Notes under the pieces: model-generated
The model's database searches: none
What the model was told of the DNA's origin: nothing
The model's input: only the letters and a program-made list of their open reading frames with translations
DNA from: Kiritimatiellia bacterium
GTDB lineage: Bacteria; Verrucomicrobiota; Kiritimatiellia; RFP12; DVOR01
Direction of reading: 5' to 3'
NCBI GenBank assembly: GCA_017558005.1
Contig: JAFYWN010000014.1
Span: 17,902-81,901, forward strand
DNA length: 64,000 nucleotides
Shown here: piece by piece, positions 1-8,667 of the stretch
How positions within the stretch are numbered: the first letter of the stretch is position 1
How the letters are laid out: every line of letters begins with the position of its first letter
Made by a program: the position numbers and the translations under genes

Positions 1-2312
1 ATCGCATCCAGATTATTGCGCCTGATAAACGCTTGGCCGCCGCGGGTTTGGGTTGCTACCTTCGTGATGTGGCGCAGGCACACTGGTCGTGGTGTGGCAA
101 TCGCCTGAATGTGCCGATGCCCCAACCGCGCAAGACGCATCACTACACACCTGCCTTCACGCGCACGGTTGCCTACAACTACTGCACGCTCTCTTACACC
201 ATGGCCTTTTGGGGCAAACCCGAATGGCGCGAGGAGATTGACCGTCTCGCCTTGTATGGCTTTGAGATGCCGCTCGTCCAGGCGGGTCTCCCGAAGGTGT
301 GGCAACTCACCTTGCGCGAATTGGGTTATCCCGAAGAACGCATCGCCGCCTTTATCCCTGACGAAGCTGCCGCCGCATGGTGGAATATGGGCAACTTAGA
401 AGGCCTCGGCGGCCCGCTCTCTCAGGAGCGTATTGATGCGGATGCCGAGTTGGGCCGTTACATTGTTGCTGAGGCAAAGGCGCTCGGTATGAAGCCGATT
501 TTGCAGGGGTTTGTGGGTCTCTTGCCGCACGATTTACCGCAGTATCTCTCTAAGACGGAATATGCCGATGCGAAATTCGTGAATCAGGGGCGTTGGGTCG
601 ATGGCTTTGTGCGTCCGACCTTGCTCTTGCCCAATAGTGAAACGTATGCAAAGATCGCTGCCATCTGGTACAAAAACCTGCTCAAGGTCTACGGTGTTGA
701 ACGCGCCGACGCCTTTGCGGGTGACCTCTTCCATGAGGGTGGCAGCACCGCAGGGGTGGATGTCACTGCTTGCGCTCGCGCCGTTCAAGCCGCCCAACAG
801 CTCGCCTCGCCGGGCGCCATCTGGGTCATCCAAGCATGGCATGGCAATCCGCGCGCTGAACTCCTCGCCGGCCTTAATCCGCGTTATGCCCTCATTGAGG
901 CGCTTGTGAAGGACCAAGTGAATGGCCAACGTTACAACCGTTCGTTCCAGGGTGTTCCGTGGGTGTGGTGTGAGTTGTTGAACTTTGGTGGTAATCACGG
1001 TCTCTATGGTGGCGTGGAGATGTTGATGAAGCTCGGCGAATTGACGCGACAGTCGGGCGCTTCCACAATGGTGGGCTACGGCTTGCTCTCTGAAGGCCTT
1101 GAAACAAATCCGCTCTTCTACGAATTGTTCACCGAACGCTTCTTTATGCCACGTGAAAAGGTGATGTCCACCCAGGATTATGATGCGTGGTTAAAGGCTT
1201 ACGCGCGCCGCCGCTATGGCACGGTTACGCCGCGCATTCTTCAGGCCTTAAAACTGCTCACAAAGTCGGTCTATAAGCCCTTGCGTGACCAGGAGGGATG
1301 CACTGAAAGCATCTTCTGTGCCAAACCTTCCTGGACGGCGCGCAAGGCTTCTTCGTGGGCGAGCGGTGAGATGTACTATTCCGCTAAGGATACCCTCCGC
1401 GCCGCACTCCAACTCGCCAATGCCGCGAAGGAGAATCCGGAGTTGTTGCAACAAGAAACCTTCCGTTACGATCTCATTGATGCCACGCGTCAGGCGCTTT
1501 CTGACTTGGCGCGTCCGTTGTTGGCTCAGGGTCAGGATGCCGCCGCATCGGCCTATTTCCTTGAGGCTATTCGTGAAACGGATGCACTCCTCGCCTGCGA
1601 ACCGCGTTGGACGCTTGAATGGCGTGAGGAGATTGCCCGTCGCACAGGTGGTGAGGCCGCTGCGAAGGCAATTCGCCGTATGTACACGACGTGGAGCGGC
1701 CGCGGGGGCTCGTTGAATGACTACGCCCACCGTCAGCTTGCAGGCTTGATGCGTGACTACTACTTGAAGCGTTGGCAACTCTTCTTTGACGCAGAGGCGG
1801 AAAAACGCAATCCTGGCCCCGCCTTGGATGCCCTGAATACGCGCTTCTTAAATCGTGGCGTCCTCTCGCCGAATCGTAAGAAAAAGTTGATGAGCCGTGT
1901 CTCTGAGGCGCTCTCTTTGGCCGTGCAGGTGCATAAACAGTGGCCGGAGGCCTTCTCGTCTGCCGCAGGGGTGCCGTGGAGCCTGAATGGGGTCAGAGGA
2001 AAAACGAGCCTTGATTTCAGTGTCTCGGAGTACATTACTCGCGCAGGTGTTTATGAAGTCGCCATTCGCTGGACGTCGGGCCAACACGCCCTCCAGATTC
2101 ATTCGGTGGAACTCTTTGAGGGCGCGAAGAAGGTCGCTGAGGATGTCCACGAAGGTTACACGGGGATGCGCACGACTAACAATGTTTACCGTTTGCGCGT
2201 AAACCAACTCCGCGCCGGCTTGGAGGATTACGTCTTGCGCATCCATTGTTCGGGGCATAACGGTGGTAATTCTTCTGGTATCTTTACCGTAAAATTCAAA
2301 TCTGCGAATTAA
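1..2312 (+). CDS. alpha-N-acetylglucosaminidase (GH89 / NAGLU family), 5' partial at window edge
   Basis: The reading frame is open from nt 3 with no in-frame stop before the listed start at 33, so the true start is upstream of the window. The translation shows NAGLU-type TIM-barrel and C-terminal helical regions (YNYCTLSYTMAFW, ILQGFVGLLP, WVWCELLNFGGNHGLYG). An extra C-terminal domain of about 110 aa is of unrecognised type. Confidence 0.8.
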   Translation, partial: RIQIIAPDKRLAAAGLGCYLRDVAQAHWSWCGNRLNVPMPQPRKTHHYTPAFTRTVAYNYCTLSYTMAFWGKPEWREEIDRLALYGFEMPLVQAGLPKVWQLTLRELGYPEERIAAFIPDEAAAAWWNMGNLEGLGGPLSQERIDADAELGRYIVAEAKALGMKPILQGFVGLLPHDLPQYLSKTEYADAKFVNQGRWVDGFVRPTLLLPNSETYAKIAAIWYKNLLKVYGVERADAFAGDLFHEGGSTAGVDVTACARAVQAAQQLASPGAIWVIQAWHGNPRAELLAGLNPRYALIEALVKDQVNGQRYNRSFQGVPWVWCELLNFGGNHGLYGGVEMLMKLGELTRQSGASTMVGYGLLSEGLETNPLFYELFTERFFMPREKVMSTQDYDAWLKAYARRRYGTVTPRILQALKLLTKSVYKPLRDQEGCTESIFCAKPSWTARKASSWASGEMYYSAKDTLRAALQLANAAKENPELLQQETFRYDLIDATRQALSDLARPLLAQGQDAAASAYFLEAIRETDALLACEPRWTLEWREEIARRTGGEAAAKAIRRMYTTWSGRGGSLNDYAHRQLAGLMRDYYLKRWQLFFDAEAEKRNPGPALDALNTRFLNRGVLSPNRKKKLMSRVSEALSLAVQVHKQWPEAFSSAAGVPWSLNGVRGKTSLDFSVSEYITRAGVYEVAIRWTSGQHALQIHSVELFEGAKKVAEDVHEGYTGMRTTNNVYRLRVNQLRAGLEDYVLRIHCSGHNGGNSSGIFTVKFKSAN

Positions 2313-2323
2313 AGGAGCGCAGG

Positions 2324-2767
2324 ATGAGTTTCAAGCCGATGACTTTGCGTGTTGAACGTCTCACCCCAACTGCGCAGATTCCCTTTTACGCCCATCCCGG
2401 TGATGCAGGGATGGACCTCTGTGCCGATGAAACGCGCCTTTTGCAACCCGGCGAGCGCGCCGCCGTCTCTACGGGTCTGCGCATTGCCTTGCCCCCGAAT
2501 ACCGAGGGGCAGGTGCGTCCGCGTAGCGGTCTTTCAATTAAGCACGGGATCACTGTCATCAATGCGCCTGGCACGATTGATGAGGGCTACCGTGGGGAAG
2601 TGAAGGTCTTGCTCGTCAATTTGGGCCAAGAGGCCTTTGAGATTACGCAGGGCATGCGTATTGCACAGTTGGTGATTGCGCCTGTGTTGCGCGTCGGAAT
2701 TGCTGAGGGCACAGTAGCAGATTGCACAGCACGTGGCACAGGTGGATTCGGTTCCACGGGCATTTAA
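2324..2767 (+). CDS. dut: dUTP diphosphatase
   Basis: 147 aa with AGGAG 6-7 nt upstream. Classic dUTPase motifs are present: GDAGMDL, RSGL, IDEGYRGE, RGTGGFGSTG. Confidence 0.95.
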   Translation: MSFKPMTLRVERLTPTAQIPFYAHPGDAGMDLCADETRLLQPGERAAVSTGLRIALPPNTEGQVRPRSGLSIKHGITVINAPGTIDEGYRGEVKVLLVNLGQEAFEITQGMRIAQLVIAPVLRVGIAEGTVADCTARGTGGFGSTGI

Positions 2768-2779
2768 GGACTCTTTTTC

Positions 2780-4066
2780 ATGACACATGATCAAATTTAC
2801 TCCCGCGCCTGCACACTCATCCCAGGCGGCGTCAATTCCCCTGTGCGTGCCTTTAATGCAGTTGGGGGCACGCCCATTTTCGTGACTTCGGGTAAGGGCG
2901 CAGAGATTACCCTCGCTGATGGACGCACGCTGATTGACTGTTGCTGTTCGTGGGGCGCCATGATCTTGGGCCACGCCTCGCCACTCGTGACAGAAGCGGT
3001 CACAAAGGCCGCCGCCACGGGCACGACCTTCGGCATCGCCACCCCTGGAGAAGTGGAGTTGGCCGAACGTCTCGTTGCCGCGAGCCCGCTCCTTGAAAAG
3101 GTGCGCTTAGTCAATTCTGGCACCGAAGCCGTGATGACCGCAGTGCGCTTGGCGCGCGGCGTGACGGGTCGTGACCTCATTTTGAAGTGTGAAGGATGCT
3201 ACCACGGCCATAGCGATAGCTTGCTTGTGAGCGCAGGAAGTGGCGTATTGACCGCAGGTGACGGCACGGAAGTCGCCAGCGCAGGCGTGCCCGCAATCAT
3301 TGCCCGCGACACCTTGGTCATCCCGTATAACGATCTCGCCGCCGCAGAACGTGCCTTTGCCGCACATGGTGCACGGATCGCCGCAGTCATTGTGGAACCC
3401 GTCGCTGGCAATATGGGCTGCGTCCCGCCCGTGGAGGGCTATTTGAAGGGATTAGAAACCCTCGCCCATCGCGCAGGCGCCTTGTTGATTTGCGATGAAG
3501 TCATCAATGCCTTCCGCTTCCGTTATGGCCTCTACAGTGATGCCGCAGGGATTGAACCCGACATCATCACGATGGGAAAGGTCATCGGTGGCGGCTTCCC
3601 CTTAGCTGCGATTGGCGCAAAAGCAGAGATTATGGATGCCCTCGCCCCGCACGGGAAGGTCTACCAAGCCGGCACCCTTTCGGGCAATCCCGTTGCAGTT
3701 GCCGCCGCTATTGCCGTATTGGATGAACTCCGCACCCGCCCGCCTTACGCCGAAATGGCCGCAAAGGTGACACGCATTACAGACGCATTTAATGCCGCAG
3801 CCACGCGCATTGGCGTCCCCATGCGCATCCAAAGCTACCAAACCGTCTTCACCCCCTTCGCGACCGACGCCCTCCCTGTGCGCAACCTCGCCGACGCCCA
3901 AGCCGCCGACACAGCCCTTTACGCCCGCTTCTTCCATGCCATGTTAGCCCGCGGTATTTACCTCGAACCCTCCGCCTTCGAGGTCAACTTCATCTCCGCC
4001 GCCCACACCGACACCCACGTCAATACCCTCATCTCCGCCATGGAAGACGCCCTCACCACCCTCTAA
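2780..4066 (+). CDS. hemL: glutamate-1-semialdehyde 2,1-aminomutase
   Basis: 428 aa with N-terminal PGGVNSPVRAF and class-III aminotransferase features, including the PLP-lysine region ITMGKVIGGG. Confidence 0.95.
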   Translation: MTHDQIYSRACTLIPGGVNSPVRAFNAVGGTPIFVTSGKGAEITLADGRTLIDCCCSWGAMILGHASPLVTEAVTKAAATGTTFGIATPGEVELAERLVAASPLLEKVRLVNSGTEAVMTAVRLARGVTGRDLILKCEGCYHGHSDSLLVSAGSGVLTAGDGTEVASAGVPAIIARDTLVIPYNDLAAAERAFAAHGARIAAVIVEPVAGNMGCVPPVEGYLKGLETLAHRAGALLICDEVINAFRFRYGLYSDAAGIEPDIITMGKVIGGGFPLAAIGAKAEIMDALAPHGKVYQAGTLSGNPVAVAAAIAVLDELRTRPPYAEMAAKVTRITDAFNAAATRIGVPMRIQSYQTVFTPFATDALPVRNLADAQAADTALYARFFHAMLARGIYLEPSAFEVNFISAAHTDTHVNTLISAMEDALTTL

Positions 4067-4069
4067 CCC

Positions 4070-4330
4070 CGCTCGCTGGGGGAGCGCAGCAGTGTGGCGG
4101 CCTACTAAACGCGACCCTGCTGGGGGAGCGGGGGGCGCAGCGGTGTGGCGGCCTACTAAGCGTGACCCTGCTGGAGGAGCGGGGGGCGCAGCGGTGTGGC
4201 GGCCTACTAAGCGTGACCCTGCTGGAGGAGCGGGGGCGTAGCGGTGTGGCGGCCTACTAAGCGTGAGATCGCTGGGGGAGCGGGGGGCGCAGCATCCCCG
4301 TTGGTTGGTTCCACTCTGGATAGCTGGTGA
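4070..4330. repeat. REP-A tandem array (about 4 units of about 51 bp) ending in a truncated REP-A terminal module
   Basis: The anchor GGCCTACTAA recurs at 4099, 4150, 4201 and 4251. The unit is GGCCTACTAAGCGTGACCCTGCTGGrGGAGCGGGGGGCGCAGCGGTGTGGC. The array ends with GCGCAGCATCCCCGTTGGTTGG. Confidence 0.85.
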
Positions 4331-4611
4331 CTGAAGTGGCCCTGTTCCATGTGTCGCATGTGCCCCATAAATGCCACGACCCATGTGGTCCCTTTCTTCG
4401 GAGGTGCCCCGTCATTTGTTAGGCGCGCGTAGCGCGCCCCTTCATCTCACGCTCGCGGCTCCATTCTTATCATTCACATTATCCATTATCGGAGCTAACC
4501 TTTCCATCACGCACACTTGCAGTGTACCAAACGTCCGCAAATTTGTCAAATCGTCATTTCAGAAAAGAATGAAATATCACAAAATGAGTCCAAAAATTGA
4601 GGCGGAAAACA

Positions 4612-4706
4612 AGCGAAATTGCGACTCAATTTCGCTGATATTGCCACCCCAATTTCGCTAGTATTGGGATCCAATTTCGCTAGTATTGACCCGAAATTTC
4701 TCCAGT
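4612..4706. repeat. iteron-like direct repeats CAATTTCGCT(G/A)(A/G)TATTG, period 22-23 bp, inside an AT-rich non-coding island
   Basis: Copies lie at 4627-4643, 4650-4666 and 4672-4688. An inverted half-site AGCGAAATTG at 4612-4621 pairs with 4627-4636. A degenerate CGAAATTTC lies at about 4692. Confidence 0.7.
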
Positions 4707-5054
4707 CCGCCCCCAAAAATAGGCAAATTGTTGATAACTTTTCCTCCCCCTTCGGTCCAAATTTTCGCAACGAAGCGACTGTAGGGGAGTTAATTTTGGC
4801 CCATTTTTGTGTTATCTACTTGTTCCTAAAAGACTTATGCATTTTGAGCGTCGTTTTGTTTTTTGCCCTCAAAAATGGGGGATTCCCGAAAAACTTTCAA
4901 AAAACTGCGTCGAAAAACTTGCATTGTTGATAACTTGTTGATAACTAAAAAAAGTTTTCAACAGGCGAAAAATCGTTAAAATTTTTAAAAAAGTGGACTT
5001 TTCGCGCAGTAGTTTTTTCGTAAAAAAGTGGCGTGTGTGAGCGCGGAGTAGGGG

Positions 5055-5200
5055 GATCGCGTGCGCAGTAGCGTGGCGGGCTACTAAGCGTGACCCTGCT
5101 GGGGGAGCGGGGGGCGCAGCATCCCCCGTTGGTTGGTAAGGCGCGCCGCTGCGCGCCCCATCACCTCCCCTCGGTGGCTCCATCCCTGCTGCTACCCACC
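5055..5200. repeat. REP-A terminal module (single copy)
   Basis: The sequence GCGTGGCGGGCTACTAAGCGTGACCCTGCTGGGGGAGCGGGGGGCGCAGCATCCCCCGTTGGTTGGTAAGGCGCGCC...CCATCACCTCCCCTCGGTGG is near-identical to 10060-10190 and 11440-11555. Confidence 0.8.
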
Positions 5201-5228
5201 CCCTTCACCTCCCCTCAGCGGCCCCCAT

Positions 5229-5258
5229 TTGCATTGCGCGCGCACTTTGTGTTATAAT
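5229..5258 (+). promoter_or_regulatory. sigma70-like promoter of coaD (TTGCAT-18-TATAAT)
   Basis: The -35 TTGCAT is at 5229-5234 and the -10 TATAAT at 5253-5258. The ATG at 5266 is 7 nt after the -10 hexamer with no SD, which suggests a leaderless transcript. Confidence 0.45.
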
Positions 5259-5265
5259 TATGCGC

Positions 5266-5817
5266 ATGAAAGAGACAACAGCGGTTTATCCAGGGACATT
5301 TGATCCCATGACCAAGGGACACTTCGACCTTATTCGTCGTAGTGCGGCACTCTTTGATCATCTGATTGTGGCGGTGGCGGGGATTTCTCCGAAGCCGACG
5401 CGCTTGTTTGGGATCGAAGAACGTGTTGCGATGGTGCGCGAGTGCTTGGCTGAAGGGGGTATTACGAATGCCACGGTAAAGCCGTTGGATTGTCTGTTGG
5501 TCGAATTCTGCCATCGGAATAACGTGCGTGCAGTGGTGCGCGGCCTGCGTGCTTACAGCGACTTTGAGTATGAATTCCAGATGGCGCTGACCAATCGTCA
5601 GTTGGCCCCGGATGTGGAGACGCTGTTCTTGATGCCGAATGAAGAGCACAGCTACATCACCGCCTCGACCGTGCGCGAAGTGGCACGTTATGGTGGTGAT
5701 ACGGCACATTTTGTGCCTGCGTGCGTGCAACGTCACCTGCAGGAGTATCTCGCCGCACACCCGGAACAACGCATCCAAGGAGCATCTGTTGGAAACACCG
5801 GCGCGTTTGACCGTTGA
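5266..5817 (+). CDS. coaD: phosphopantetheine adenylyltransferase
   Basis: MKETTAVYPGTFDPMTKGHFDLI matches the canonical CoaD N-terminus (AVYPGxFDPxTxGH). An in-frame ATG at 5260 is an alternative start. Confidence 0.9.
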   Translation: MKETTAVYPGTFDPMTKGHFDLIRRSAALFDHLIVAVAGISPKPTRLFGIEERVAMVRECLAEGGITNATVKPLDCLLVEFCHRNNVRAVVRGLRAYSDFEYEFQMALTNRQLAPDVETLFLMPNEEHSYITASTVREVARYGGDTAHFVPACVQRHLQEYLAAHPEQRIQGASVGNTGAFDR

Positions 5818-6268
5818 TCTCGGCCGTTTGGACGAGGGCCGTCATGAGCACTTAAAAGGTGCTCTGAGCCGTATTTTCTTAGAGGTGGACGACCTTGAGC
5901 AGTTGCGTCCTGAAGGGGACGTGGAATACGATTTACAGTGCGAATTATTGGGCGACGAGCTCTTGGTTCGCGGGACATTACAGCTCGCTTGCGCGTGCAT
6001 TTGCAGCCGATGCGGGCAGACCTATCACACGAAATTCGTGGAAAAAGCCTATTGCGAGTCCTTTGAAATTGCTGGGACAGAGATATTAGACTTGACGGAA
6101 TCCGTGCGAGAAGGTATTATACTCGCTCTTCCTTCGTATCCGATTTGCAAGGAAGACTGCAAAGGCATCTGCTTTCATTGCGGGCAAGACCTGAATGAAA
6201 GAACGTGTAGTTGCGCGAAAGGAGAGGGGAATTCTCCTTGGGACGCGCTGGACGGATGGATGGCTTAA
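5789..6268 (+). CDS. yceD: DUF177 / YceD-family protein (large ribosomal subunit accumulation protein)
   Basis: It sits directly upstream of rpmF as in the conserved yceD-rpmF-plsX cluster and has C-terminal Cys pairs (CSRCG...CKGICFHCGQDLN). The start is inferred as TTG 5789 (or CTG 5786), 6 nt after AAGGAG at 5777-5782. The longer ORF from 5639 would overlap coaD by 179 nt. Confidence 0.75.
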   Translation: METPARLTVDLGRLDEGRHEHLKGALSRIFLEVDDLEQLRPEGDVEYDLQCELLGDELLVRGTLQLACACICSRCGQTYHTKFVEKAYCESFEIAGTEILDLTESVREGIILALPSYPICKEDCKGICFHCGQDLNERTCSCAKGEGNSPWDALDGWMA

Positions 6269-6311
6269 AGCACAATAGCGAGAAGCTTACAGAAAGAAAG
6301 AGAGTCAGAAA

Positions 6312-6488
6312 ATGGCAGTTCCTAAACGTAAAAAGTCCAAAATGCGCGTTCGTCAGCGTCGTGCACACATCAAGGCAACCGTGCCCGGCACCGTGACTTG
6401 CGAATGCGGCGCAGTTCGCTTGGCTCACCGCGCTTGCCCCTCTTGCGGTAAGTATGACGGTCGCCAGGTGCTCGAAGTTGAGGCCTAA
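6312..6488 (+). CDS. rpmF: 50S ribosomal protein L32
   Basis: This 58-aa ORF is absent from the track (under 60 aa). Its translation is MAVPKRKKSKMRVRQRRAHIKATVPGTVTCECGAVRLAHRACPSCGKYDGRQVLEVEA. It has the typical L32 N-terminus and zinc-ribbon cysteines. Confidence 0.9.
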   Translation: MAVPKRKKSKMRVRQRRAHIKATVPGTVTCECGAVRLAHRACPSCGKYDGRQVLEVEA

Positions 6489-6531
6489 GCGATAATTACC
6501 ATTCTCGCAACGACAAACAAAGGGGGCGGAG

Positions 6532-7623
6532 ATGCGGATTGCACTTGATGCCATGGGCGGCGACAATGCGCCGTATGAAATTGTCTGGGGCGGCATGCTC
6601 GCCGCTGCTAAGACGGACGATGAAATTATGTTGGTCGGCGACGAAGCGGCAATCCGCGACGCGCTTGCACAACGTCATCCCAAAATTCGTCCGCTTCCCG
6701 ATGTGAATGCGTTGCTGGAGTCTGGCCGCGTCAAGATTATCCATACCGATGAATCCATCGCGATGGATGACGCACCAGCCGCCGCCGTGCGCCGCAAGAA
6801 GAATTGTTCCATCAATGTCTGCATGCGCATGGTGAAGGAAGGCACTGCCGATGCCGCCGTTTCTGCCGGTAACTCCGGGGCAATGGCGGCATCTGCGCTT
6901 TTTATCCTCGGCCGCATTAAGGGCGTGTCCCGTCCGGCAATCGCCACCGTATTGCCGACGGCAGACGCAGATCGTCCCTTGTTGTTGCTCGATGCCGGCG
7001 CAAATACCGACTGCAACCACGAATGGTTGCGCGAATTCGCCGTGATGGGCGACGTCTATAGCCGCTTGGTGCTCGGTCGTGAAAAGCCTGAAGTTGGCTT
7101 GATGAGCATCGGTACGGAAGATTGCAAGGGAAATGAATTGACCAAAAATGCATTCCCGATCTTGCGCGACTACACGCCTGGCATCACCTTTAAGGGGAAT
7201 GTGGAAGGCCACGATGTCTTTGAAGGCCAGACCGACGTCATCGTCTGCGACGGCTTCATTGGCAACGTGATCCTGAAGACCGCAGAGAGCGCCGCTCACG
7301 CAATGGGCGGATGGTTGAAGCGCATCATTAAGTCGCGCTTGGCCTATAAGCTCGCCGCAATCCTCCTGATCCCCGCCCTGAAAAAGTTTAAGCAGCAGAT
7401 GGACCCCGAAGTGCACGGCGGTGCGCCCCTCTTGGGTGTGCCCGGTGCCGTGATCATCACGCACGGCTCTTCGACCTATAAGGCCATCTTCTATGCTTGC
7501 CGTGCGGGTTCTCGTGCCGCAGCGAACAATGTTTCGAAGGAAATCGCTGAGCACATCGCCCAACTTCCCGAAATCCCGCTTGAAGCTGAATTGGAACAAC
7601 CCACCCGTGCGGCAGCAGAATAA
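6532..7623 (+). CDS. plsX: phosphate acyltransferase PlsX
   Basis: MRIALDAMGGDNAP is the canonical PlsX N-terminus. The protein is 363 aa and sits after rpmF. Confidence 0.95.
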   Translation: MRIALDAMGGDNAPYEIVWGGMLAAAKTDDEIMLVGDEAAIRDALAQRHPKIRPLPDVNALLESGRVKIIHTDESIAMDDAPAAAVRRKKNCSINVCMRMVKEGTADAAVSAGNSGAMAASALFILGRIKGVSRPAIATVLPTADADRPLLLLDAGANTDCNHEWLREFAVMGDVYSRLVLGREKPEVGLMSIGTEDCKGNELTKNAFPILRDYTPGITFKGNVEGHDVFEGQTDVIVCDGFIGNVILKTAESAAHAMGGWLKRIIKSRLAYKLAAILLIPALKKFKQQMDPEVHGGAPLLGVPGAVIITHGSSTYKAIFYACRAGSRAAANNVSKEIAEHIAQLPEIPLEAELEQPTRAAAE

Positions 7624-7705
7624 TTGCCATAACGATGGATTTTCCATTGCAACTTTTTGCGGAAAACGTTAAACTATGCGTTAGTTTTACTGAAAGGACC
7701 TTAAC

Positions 7706-8626
7706 ATGTTGAATTGTTTCTTTGCTGGTCAAGGCGCTCAGTTCCCCGGAATGGGCAAGGACCTCGCTGAAAACGATCCCGAAATCATGGCCCTCTTTGA
7801 TAAGGCCAATGAAGTGCTCGGATTCGATTTGAAAACCATTTGCTTTGAAGGCCCTGCAGAGGCACTGACCAAGTCTGACGTCTGCCAGCCTGCAATCTTC
7901 ACCGTCTCGATGGCTTGCTACACCGCCTTCCGTAAGCAGTGCCCCGATGCACCCGCCGCCGCAATGGCAGGTCTCTCCCTCGGTGAATGGACCGCACTCT
8001 GCGCCGCTGGCGTGCTCGATTTCGAAACCACCCTCAAGATCCTCCAGGCTCGTGGCAAGTACATGCAGGAAGCCTGCGAAGCTAAGCCCTCCGGCATGAT
8101 TTCCATCATGGGTGCAAGCCCTGACCAGCTCAAGGAAATCTGCGAAGGCTCGGGTTGCACCGTCTCGAACATCAACTCTGATGCTCAGCAGGTGATTTCT
8201 GGTACCCACGAAGCCGTGGCAAAGGCCGCTGAAATCGCCACCGCCGCTGGTATCAAGAACGTGGTGCTTCAGGTCGCTGGCGCATTCCACTCTCCCTTTA
8301 TGACCCCCGCACGCGAAAAGCTCGCCGAATTCGTCAAGGACATCCCCTTCGGCAAGCCCTCCGTGCCTGTGCTCTCCAACGCCACCGGCACCTTCCACGC
8401 AGAAGACGGCGAAGCCATCAAGGCCGCCATGCTCACGCAGGTTGATAGCCCCGTGCACTTCTCTGATTGCGTGAAGGCCGTCATGCCGAATGGTGGTCTC
8501 TTCGCTGAATTTGGCCCCGGCAAGGTGCTCTCTGGCCTCATCCGTCGTATTGACAAGGCCAACGCCGTCACGAATGTGCAGGACACCGCTTCGCTCACCG
8601 CGACGCTCGCCAAGGTCACCGCCTAA
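7706..8626 (+). CDS. fabD: malonyl-CoA:ACP transacylase
   Basis: GQGAQFPGMG and the active-site GLSLGEW motif are present. 306 aa. Confidence 0.95.
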   Translation: MLNCFFAGQGAQFPGMGKDLAENDPEIMALFDKANEVLGFDLKTICFEGPAEALTKSDVCQPAIFTVSMACYTAFRKQCPDAPAAAMAGLSLGEWTALCAAGVLDFETTLKILQARGKYMQEACEAKPSGMISIMGASPDQLKEICEGSGCTVSNINSDAQQVISGTHEAVAKAAEIATAAGIKNVVLQVAGAFHSPFMTPAREKLAEFVKDIPFGKPSVPVLSNATGTFHAEDGEAIKAAMLTQVDSPVHFSDCVKAVMPNGGLFAEFGPGKVLSGLIRRIDKANAVTNVQDTASLTATLAKVTA

Positions 8627-8667
8627 GCGTTCCCCCAATCTCAAAGAGAAAAGAAAGGAAATACCTC

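Noticed and set aside
4070-4290. Possible CRISPR array suggested by regular 51-bp periodicity.
   Set aside because: The whole 51-bp unit repeats and there are no unique spacers between repeats. No cas genes are nearby. The unit belongs to the dispersed REP-A family.
3944-4384. Minus-strand ORF of 146 aa with the periodic peptide PPAGSRLVGRHTAAPPA. Similar small ORFs cross REP arrays at 9555-10168, 11256-11664, 36488-36808 and 38093-38365.
   Set aside because: These are translations of tandem or inverted REP units. The periodicity comes from the DNA repeat. They have no RBS and overlap the hemL 3' end or other repeats.
4371-4930. ORFs of 74-103 aa inside the AT-rich island (4371-4661, 4546-4770, 4619-4930).
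   Set aside because: They overlap one another and have no SD. Their low-complexity composition is driven by AT-rich repeats, and they show no motif. The region is better explained as non-coding.
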